Notes under the pieces: model-generated
The model's input: only the letters and a program-made list of their open reading frames with translations
What the model was told of the DNA's origin: nothing
Database searches by the model: none
Assembly: GCA_963707635.1 (NCBI GenBank)
Contig: OY970173.1
Span: 1,376,001-1,440,000 of the forward strand
Direction: 5' to 3'
Length of the DNA stretch: 64,000 nt
Source of the DNA: Candidatus Latescibacterota bacterium
GTDB lineage: Bacteria; Krumholzibacteriota; Krumholzibacteriia; WVZY01; JAKEHA01
Program-made: the position numbers and the translations under genes
Shown here: piece after piece, positions 57,469-64,000 of the stretch
Layout of the letters: each line of letters starts with the position of its first letter
Position numbering within the stretch: the first letter of the stretch is position 1

Positions 57469-58500
57469 GTGAAGCTCGAAGTCGAACCGATCCAGATTGA
57501 AACCGCCCACCCGTTCCGCATCGCGCGCGGCACACGCACCTCGTACGAGGTCTTCGTCGTCTCGCTCACCCACGACGGCGTCACCGGGCGCGGCGAAGCG
57601 GCGCCCCAGCCCTTCTACGGCGAATCGCCGATGACGGTTCGCGCCGCGATCAACTCGATCGGCCGGATGCTCGACGACGAGCCCGAGGACGTGAGGCTGC
57701 GCTTGAACCGCGACGGCGCGGATCTGTTCGAGGCGCTGCGCGCGCACGCGTCCGTGCGCGCGGCGCTGGATATGGCGCTGTGGGACCTGCGCGGCCAGCG
57801 CGAGGGCGCGCCGGTGTGGCAGCTCCTCGGCGCGCAGGCCGAGAATGCGCCCGCCACGTCGTTCACGATCGGCTTCGACGTCCCCGACGTGATCGACGCC
57901 AAGGTGGACGCGGCCGCGCCCTACCGCATCCTCAAGGTGAAAGTCGGCCTGCCCGGCGACATGGAAATCCTCGACCGCGTGATTGCGCGCAGCGGCAAAG
58001 TCGTGCGCGTCGACGCCAACGAGGGTTGGGACCTGGAAACCGCGATGGAAAAAACCGTGGAGCTCTACCGGCGCCGGGTGGAACTATGCGAGCAACCGCT
58101 CCCGCACGGGAACGAAGACGACTTGCGCCAGCTCAAGCGCGTGAGCCCGCTGCCGGTGATTCTCGACGAGAGCATCGAGGGCCCCGGCGACGTGGTGCGA
58201 CGGCACGATCAGGGCCACGGCATCAACATCAAGCTCATGAAGTGCGGAGGCATTACCCGCGCGCTCGACATGATCGCCTCCGCGCGCGCCCACTCGCTCC
58301 GGGTCATGATCGGGTGCATGATCGAGACCTCGCTGGGCATCACCGCGGCGGCGCAGCTGAGTCCGCTGTGCGACTACGCGGACCTCGACGGCAATCTGCT
58401 GCTCAAGTTCGACCCCTTCGAAGGCGTGCGGGTGAAGGACGGGTACCTGGAGCTCTCGCGGGAGCCCGGCCTCGGCGTGCGCCGGCGCGTCACGCCTTAG
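57469..58500 (+). CDS. Enolase-superfamily dipeptide epimerase (L-Ala-D/L-Glu epimerase / DgcA-like)
   Basis: GAGGAGG RBS + GTG; FRIARG, KVK, VDANEGW, EQP, DES, NIKLMK, GCMIE, DLDG. Confidence 0.9.
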   Translation: MKLEVEPIQIETAHPFRIARGTRTSYEVFVVSLTHDGVTGRGEAAPQPFYGESPMTVRAAINSIGRMLDDEPEDVRLRLNRDGADLFEALRAHASVRAALDMALWDLRGQREGAPVWQLLGAQAENAPATSFTIGFDVPDVIDAKVDAAAPYRILKVKVGLPGDMEILDRVIARSGKVVRVDANEGWDLETAMEKTVELYRRRVELCEQPLPHGNEDDLRQLKRVSPLPVILDESIEGPGDVVRRHDQGHGINIKLMKCGGITRALDMIASARAHSLRVMIGCMIETSLGITAAAQLSPLCDYADLDGNLLLKFDPFEGVRVKDGYLELSREPGLGVRRRVTP

Positions 58501-58516
58501 GGCCGGGCGGGGCACG

Positions 58517-58891
58517 TTACTCGATTATGACGATCGCCATTGCGTGGTCGCGGCCGTGGGTGATGGTGCAGTGGACCACGCTGGCCTCCAGCATCGTGAG
58601 CTGCTCGCGGGCGCGGCCCGAGAGCTCGACGAACGGCTGGCCGCTCGGGTGGCGCCGCACGTCGATGTCGCGCCAGCGCACCCCCGCCCCCCAGCCGGTG
58701 CCCAGCGCCTTCATGCACGCCTCCTTGACCGCGAACCTCCCCGCGATGCGTGGGACCGGGTCCGCGTAGCGGGCGACGTATTCGCGCTCGAAGGGCGTGA
58801 GAATGCGCTCGAGGAACTTCTCCCCATACTCCGCGTGCACACGCGCGATGCGAGCGAGCTCGATGATATCGGTGCCGATGCCTTTGATCAT
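58517..58891 (-). CDS. acpS: Holo-[acyl-carrier-protein] synthase
   Basis: GIGTDII, AGRFAVKEACMKALGTG, SGQP, TITH. Confidence 0.95.
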   Translation of the reverse strand: MIKGIGTDIIELARIARVHAEYGEKFLERILTPFEREYVARYADPVPRIAGRFAVKEACMKALGTGWGAGVRWRDIDVRRHPSGQPFVELSGRAREQLTMLEASVVHCTITHGRDHAMAIVIIE

Positions 58892-59098
58892 TCGTGGGAT
58901 GGGTGGCTAGCGGCGTCGATAACGCCTCTCCGCTCATGCACTTCGCGCGCGACAGTTGATAGCGCGCCTCGTGAAATCGCGTCGAGGCATTCTCGACGCC
59001 GTCAGGGACCCGGTCATTATACGCATAGCGAGTCATCGCTTGCCACCCGTGGTGATCGGCGCTAGCTTCCAAAGCTTATGACCCGACGATCTGGAACC

Positions 59099-60460
59099 AT
59101 GTCCAAACGCAATCAGACCCTCGGGGTGATGAACGGGATGCTGGTCAATCTCGGCAACACCTTCGTCGACCCGTTCACGGTGCTGCCCGTGTTCATCACG
59201 ACCTTCGGAGGCTCCAGCGTGCTGGTCGGGTTCGTGTCGGCGGCGTTCACCGCCGGTTGGTTCCTGCCGCAGGTCTTCGTCTCCAGTCTGGTGCAGACGC
59301 GCCGGCGCGTGCTGCCGATCTACACCGCCGCGGCCGCGTTTCGTTTCGCCGGTTTCGTCGGAGCCGGCGCCAGCGTGTTCTGGATCGACCCGGCCCACAG
59401 GGCGAGCGTGCTCACCTGCGTGATCGTGGGGCTCACGATCAACGCGCTCGCGGCCGGGGTGGCGGGGGTGCCGTTTCTCGAGATCACCTCGAAGACGGTC
59501 CCGGTGAACGAGCGCGGCGCGTTCTTCGCAGGCCGGCGGGTAATGGGGGGTGTGCTGGGCATCGTCGCCGGGATGGTGATCGCCGCGGTCTTGAACGGGG
59601 ACCCCGGAGCCATGTGGGCGCGCACGCGGGTCTTTCGCGCCGTGCAGCACGCCGTCGAGGCCGTCGGGCTGGCCGGGAGAGAGTTTCCCTACGACTACGG
59701 CATTCTCATCATCATCGGGGGAGTGATCGCCACCGTCGGGGTCGTCTCGTACCTGTTTGTCCAGGAGCCGCCCGCGGAGCATGTGCACCCACCGCATCCG
59801 ATCCGGCAACAGCTGGCGGACGGTTTCGCGATGCTCAAGCGCATGCCGCACTACCGGACGTTCCTGTGGATGCGAGTGTTCTACCAGCTCACCGCGATGT
59901 CGTTTCCGTTCTACGCAACCTTCGCGTACGTGCGCCTCGGATTCTCGCAGGCGAGCGTCGGGGTGTTCGTGTCGTTGTGGGTGGCGGCCAGTGTGCTTTC
60001 CAACCTGGTGTGGGGACGCCTGCTCGACCACCGGGGCAATCGCATCGTGTTCGTGTCGACCGCGGCATTGAGCGTATTTCCGCCCCTGGCGGTGCTCGCG
60101 ATCTCCACGCGCGAGGCGGGTCACGCCGGCGTCGTCGGAACCGGGCTCTTCACGCTGGTCGCGTCGACGTTTCTGCTCAACGGCTTCGTGCGCAGCGGCC
60201 GGTTCATCGCGAACCATACCTACCTGCTCGAATCGGCCCCGGCGAATCGCCGGCCGCTCTACGTCGGATTCATGAACACGCTCTCGTTTCCGTTCATGTT
60301 GAGTCCGATCCTGGGGGGCTTGGTCGTGGCCGCGTTCGGCTACCCGACCCTGTTCATCCTGGCGGCGCTATCCGCGATCGCCGATCTCGTCGCCAGCACG
60401 CGCCTGGTCGAGCCCCGAACCGCAATTCGGGCCCCGATCGATGAGCCGTCGGCCGCCTGA
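59099..60460 (+). CDS. MFS transporter
   Basis: About 12 hydrophobic segments; WGRLLDHRGNR motif A; alternative start at 59078. Confidence 0.82.
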   Translation: MSKRNQTLGVMNGMLVNLGNTFVDPFTVLPVFITTFGGSSVLVGFVSAAFTAGWFLPQVFVSSLVQTRRRVLPIYTAAAAFRFAGFVGAGASVFWIDPAHRASVLTCVIVGLTINALAAGVAGVPFLEITSKTVPVNERGAFFAGRRVMGGVLGIVAGMVIAAVLNGDPGAMWARTRVFRAVQHAVEAVGLAGREFPYDYGILIIIGGVIATVGVVSYLFVQEPPAEHVHPPHPIRQQLADGFAMLKRMPHYRTFLWMRVFYQLTAMSFPFYATFAYVRLGFSQASVGVFVSLWVAASVLSNLVWGRLLDHRGNRIVFVSTAALSVFPPLAVLAISTREAGHAGVVGTGLFTLVASTFLLNGFVRSGRFIANHTYLLESAPANRRPLYVGFMNTLSFPFMLSPILGGLVVAAFGYPTLFILAALSAIADLVASTRLVEPRTAIRAPIDEPSAA

Positions 60461-60487
60461 TCTCGCTCGTTTGTCCACCCGACGCGC

Positions 60488-60525
60488 TTACAGACTTGCT
60501 GTCACGGTGACAGTCGAATCTGTCA
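60488..60525. promoter_or_regulatory. Tandem inverted repeats, candidate enhancer (UAS) for a sigma54 activator
   Basis: TTACAG-N5-CTGTCA (60488-60504) and TGACAG-N6-CTGTCA (60508-60525); the inner halves also form CTGTCAC-G-GTGACAG. Confidence 0.55.
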
Positions 60526-60609
60526 TGCCCACGGCCCATCAACGATGGTCTGGTGATCGGAATGTTTGTAACTAGTTGTTACATAACATAATACGATACA
60601 TGCGACCCG

Positions 60610-60625
60610 TGGCACGGGCCGTGCA
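60610..60625 (+). promoter_or_regulatory. sigma54 (-24/-12) promoter upstream of hsp20
   Basis: TGGCACG-GGCC-GTGCA against consensus TGGCACG-N4-TTGCW; GG-N10-GC spacing is exact. Confidence 0.68.
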
Positions 60626-60691
60626 GTAGCCACTGCGCGGGCACGAGCCCACAGGTTGAATTCATCTATCAATCCATATGGAGGTAGGGTC

Positions 60692-61156
60692 ATGAAAGTC
60701 ACGAAGTACGAGAGCCCGCTGTCACCGCTCGAGGCGGCGCTCGACCGCTGGGGATTCCCGACGGTCGAACGGGCGACGTGGGGGCTTCCCCTGATCGACC
60801 GGATCTTTACCGACAGCAACGGCGAGGCGTGGTCCACGGCTCGTCTGCCGAAGACGAACGTCGCCGAGACCGAGGACGCGTATCTCTTCACGATTGAGAT
60901 GCCCGGCCTGAAGAAGGAGAACGTCGAGGTCAACTTCGAGGGTGACACGCTGATCGTCAAGGGCGAGTCGTCCGAGAAGAAGGAAGAGAAGGGTGTCATC
61001 CGTCGGGAGTACCATTCGACCCGCTTCGAACGGACCTTCGGCATCGGCCCCGGCGTCGATCGCGAGAAGGTCATGGCGAAGATGGAAGACGGGATCCTGA
61101 CCGTCACGCTTCCCAAGTCCCAGGAGAGAATCGGGAGAAAGATCGAGATCGCGTAA
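60692..61156 (+). CDS. Small heat shock protein (Hsp20/alpha-crystallin)
   Basis: GGAGGT RBS; TNVAETED, EMPGL, RREY...FERTF, AKMEDGILTVTLPK, C-terminal IEI motif. Confidence 0.93.
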   Translation: MKVTKYESPLSPLEAALDRWGFPTVERATWGLPLIDRIFTDSNGEAWSTARLPKTNVAETEDAYLFTIEMPGLKKENVEVNFEGDTLIVKGESSEKKEEKGVIRREYHSTRFERTFGIGPGVDREKVMAKMEDGILTVTLPKSQERIGRKIEIA

Positions 61157-61180
61157 CGCGATTTCGAAGGGGGCAGTGAG

Positions 61181-61220
61181 GAGCCCGGAGCGGCAACGCT
61201 CCGGGCTCTCTTGGTTTGTT
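61181..61220 (+). terminator. Rho-independent terminator after hsp20
   Basis: GAGCCCGGAGCG-GCAA-CGCTCCGGGCTC then TCTTGGTTTGTT. Confidence 0.8.
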
Positions 61221-61277
61221 GCCGGCCCGGGAACGGGTGGAACCCCGGCGCCGCGTGTGCTACCGTCGGTCCTCCCG

Positions 61278-62732
61278 ATGCGGCCACGATTTTTCCTCGT
61301 TCTTGGCACCTTGTGCGCTCTCGCCGTCCGCCCGGTCGACGCGACCCCGGCGCCGGCTGGCCCGGCCGCGGGCGCGAGCGAAAGCTGGTTCATCGTGCGC
61401 ATAGGCGACGTGCCGGTCGGCACCGCCTCCGAACGCTGGTCCGAGGAGGCGGGACTGATCGTGTTCCGCGCGCACATGAACATCAATTTCACGCGCATGG
61501 GAACACCGCTCGAGATGAGCATCCTCGCGGAGGAAACCTGCGACTCCAGGGGCGAGTTTCGCGGCGCGCGCATGGAAAGCTCGGTGTCCAACCTGCGCGC
61601 GAGCGCCGTGCTGGCGGGCGACTCGGTCCAATACGAGTCGAGCGCGGGCGGGGCAACCCACCGGCGCACGCTGGCGTGGGACCCCGCGGCGGTGACGGAG
61701 ATGCGGGCGCGGGAGCGCGTGCGCGCGTGGCTGGCGGGGGCAGCTCCGGAAACGACAGTGACCAACTTCGACGTCGCCGACGGCAGTTTCCACCGCCAGC
61801 GTCTCGTGCGCGGCGCCACCGACACGATCCGGGGCGCGACGCTCACGCTGGTGGACCAGTTCGACGATGACGCGACCACGGCGACTTCGACCACCTGGCT
61901 CGCGCCGGACGGCGAAGAGGTGCGCACGGTAGTCCGGCAACTTGGCGTGGAGATCGTGATCGAACGCGTCACCGCCGACGAACTGGCGACGCTGGAGATC
62001 GAGTCCAGCTTTGACATCATCCGCCAGTCGATGGTGCGCTGCGAGGGGTTTCCCACCCCGGTCGCGCGCCTCGACCGCGTCACGCTCCTGCTCGAATTCG
62101 CGAAGGCACCGCCACTCGCGTCCATGGACGGACCGAATCAGATCGAAGTGGCGCGCGACGAACACTCGGTCCGGCTCACGCTGACGCGCGAGACCGCGCA
62201 CCGGGTGAACGCCGACCGCGACGACCTCGCGATTTTCCTGCGCCCGGATCGATTCGTCCAGTCGGACGACGCCACGCTGCGGATGGTCGCGGACAGCCTG
62301 CGCGCCGCCACTGGAACCGGCGGGTGGCCGCTCGCGCGCGCCATCGCCGCCTTCGTCAACCGGCACATCGTGCACAAGGGCATGGAACACGGCTACGACT
62401 CGGCGCTGGACGTGTACCGGTCCCGCGCGGGCGATTGCACCGAACACTCGCTGCTCACGGTCGCGTTGCTGCGGGCCGCCGGGATCCCGGCGCGCCCCGC
62501 GGTTGGGCTTGCCTACGGCGCGGCGGAAGGGGCGTTCGTCGGCCACATGTGGGTCGAAGCGTACGTCGACTACTGGCGCACGCTCGATGCCCTCGACCTG
62601 GCCCTCGACCCGATCCGCATCCGCGTGCACGCGCCGAAGCCGAACGAGACCCTCGGCGAGCGCGACCTCATGCGCGCGTACAGTGAAGTCGCCGGGGTTG
62701 TCATACGGGTCGTCGACCAACGTTCCCACTAG
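61278..62732 (+). CDS. Secreted transglutaminase-like (cysteine protease fold) protein
   Basis: Signal peptide; GDCTEHS (Cys), RAAGIPAR, GHMWVE (His), WRTLD (Asp). Confidence 0.85.
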   Translation: MRPRFFLVLGTLCALAVRPVDATPAPAGPAAGASESWFIVRIGDVPVGTASERWSEEAGLIVFRAHMNINFTRMGTPLEMSILAEETCDSRGEFRGARMESSVSNLRASAVLAGDSVQYESSAGGATHRRTLAWDPAAVTEMRARERVRAWLAGAAPETTVTNFDVADGSFHRQRLVRGATDTIRGATLTLVDQFDDDATTATSTTWLAPDGEEVRTVVRQLGVEIVIERVTADELATLEIESSFDIIRQSMVRCEGFPTPVARLDRVTLLLEFAKAPPLASMDGPNQIEVARDEHSVRLTLTRETAHRVNADRDDLAIFLRPDRFVQSDDATLRMVADSLRAATGTGGWPLARAIAAFVNRHIVHKGMEHGYDSALDVYRSRAGDCTEHSLLTVALLRAAGIPARPAVGLAYGAAEGAFVGHMWVEAYVDYWRTLDALDLALDPIRIRVHAPKPNETLGERDLMRAYSEVAGVVIRVVDQRSH

Positions 62733-62766
62733 CCGCGCCATCAGCCGAAGATCATCGGAGGTTGTC

Positions 62767-64000
62767 TTGCCGACGCTCAAGCAAACCATGTTTCGCGAAT
62801 ACGACATCCGGGGCCGGGTCACGGACGAGGAGCTGAACGCGACCAGCGCCGAGTGGATCGGGCGCGGATTTGGAACCTTTCTCGCGCGGCGCGGAATCGA
62901 CGACATGGTCGTCGGCTATGACTGCCGCTTCGGCTCGGTCGAGATCAAGGACGGGCTGGTCGCCGGGCTGCGCGCGACGGGGCGCAACGTCATCATGGTG
63001 GGCATGTGCCTGACCCCGATGATGTACTGGTCGCAGTACCGGTTCGAGGTGCGGGGCGGCGCGATGGTGACCGGCAGCCACAACCCCAAGGGCTGGAACG
63101 GGCTCAAGCTCGCCGCCGGGCTCTCGTCCACGCTGGTTGCCGATGAGATCCGCGAGCTCTACGACCTGATCGCGCGCGAGGACTTCGAGCGCGGACGCGG
63201 CGACTACTCGGAGGTGACGATATTCGACGACTACGCGGTGGACCTCACCTCGCGCGTGCGGGTGGTGCGCCCGCTCAAGGTCGTTATCGACACCGGCAAC
63301 GGGACGGCGGGCGCGTTCGCGCCGCGCGTGTTCCGGGACGCCGGCCTCACCGTCGTCGAGCAGTTCACCGAGCTCGATCCGGACTTTCCCAACCACGAGC
63401 CCGACCCCGCGCGCACGGACACCGTCGAGGCGCTGGGAAAACGCGTCCGCGCCGAGGGGGCCGACCTCGGCCTGGCGTTCGACGGCGACGGCGACCGCTT
63501 CGGCGTCGTCGACGAGAAGGGCGACGTCATCTGGCCGGACCGCTACCTGATCCTGCTCTCCCGGCAGGTGCTCGAGCGCGCGCCCGGCGGGAAGATCGTG
63601 TTCGACGTCAAGTGCTCGCAGGCACTGGAGGACGACATCCGCGCGCACGGGGGAAAGCCGATCATGTGGAGGACGGGGCATTCGCACATCAAAGCCAAGC
63701 TGCAGGAAGAGAAGGCGGTGCTCGCCGGCGAGATGAGCGGGCACGTCTTCTTCGTGGAGAACTACTACGGGTTCGACGACGGCATCTACGCGGCGCTGCG
63801 CTTCGTCGAGTACGTGTCCGGGCGGCGGGAGCCGTTGTCGACGATCATGGCGGGCACGCCGAGCTACCTGTCGACGCCGGCCATCAGCGTGAAGTGCGCG
63901 GACGAGGTGAAGTACGGCGTGGTCGAGAAGCTGGTCGCGGATCTCAAGCGCGACTTCGACCGGGTGATCGATATCAACGGCGCGCGCGTCGTGTTCGACG
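62767..64000 (+). CDS. Phosphomannomutase/phosphoglucomutase (3' truncated by window end)
   Basis: Absent from the ORF track (no stop in window). Read directly: GGAGGT RBS, TTG start, MFREYDIRG, VTGSHNP, AFDGDGDR, AGEMSGH. Confidence 0.93.
   Translation, partial: MPTLKQTMFREYDIRGRVTDEELNATSAEWIGRGFGTFLARRGIDDMVVGYDCRFGSVEIKDGLVAGLRATGRNVIMVGMCLTPMMYWSQYRFEVRGGAMVTGSHNPKGWNGLKLAAGLSSTLVADEIRELYDLIAREDFERGRGDYSEVTIFDDYAVDLTSRVRVVRPLKVVIDTGNGTAGAFAPRVFRDAGLTVVEQFTELDPDFPNHEPDPARTDTVEALGKRVRAEGADLGLAFDGDGDRFGVVDEKGDVIWPDRYLILLSRQVLERAPGGKIVFDVKCSQALEDDIRAHGGKPIMWRTGHSHIKAKLQEEKAVLAGEMSGHVFFVENYYGFDDGIYAALRFVEYVSGRREPLSTIMAGTPSYLSTPAISVKCADEVKYGVVEKLVADLKRDFDRVIDINGARVVFD

Noticed and set aside
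867..63744. Many long overlapping or antisense ORFs (e.g. 867..2621, 16242..18497, 37911..40148, 55324..57150, 62752..63744)
   Set aside because: Shadow frames of real genes in high-GC DNA: Arg/Ala/Pro-rich, no motifs, and each overlaps a well-supported gene

Overview
High-GC (roughly two-thirds G+C by eye), densely coding, mostly plus-strand chromosomal segment of a diderm bacterium. The gene content (GWxTD, DUF4384, DUF4139, paired MacB-type permeases, ExbD pair, Tol-Pal) suggests an FCB-related or candidate-phylum lineage; this is inference only. It is mainly core envelope and housekeeping DNA: exbD x2, a TolC/MacAB-type exporter, two peptide (Opp/Dpp) ABC importers without ATPases, radC-mreBCD-mrdA-rodA-lgt-comF, gap-pgk-tpiA-secG-tRNA-Leu(GAG), trxA, a patatin/SAM hydrolase/rtcB cluster, fbp, an ECF sigma/anti-sigma pair, tol-pal-cpoB, two CNNM proteins, DUF1611 plus an enolase-superfamily epimerase, acpS, hsp20 and a truncated phosphomannomutase. 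I found no integrase, transposase, prophage, CRISPR array or recognisable defence island, and cannot claim a clearly new multi-gene system. The best leads are: (i) a sigma54-type enhancer/IHF/promoter layout plus a possible RNA thermometer ahead of hsp20; (ii) an orphan, probably major, outer-membrane barrel with a strong promoter and a heavily structured leader of about 210 nt; (iii) a GWxTD-Opp-NlpC/P60 cluster that, with the tol-pal-linked DUF1611/epimerase pair, points to a murein-peptide/D-Glu salvage route; (iv) a shared leaderless-promoter signature at two unrelated genes; (v) two unusual secreted low-complexity proteins. All family calls come from motif recognition by eye, not database searches.
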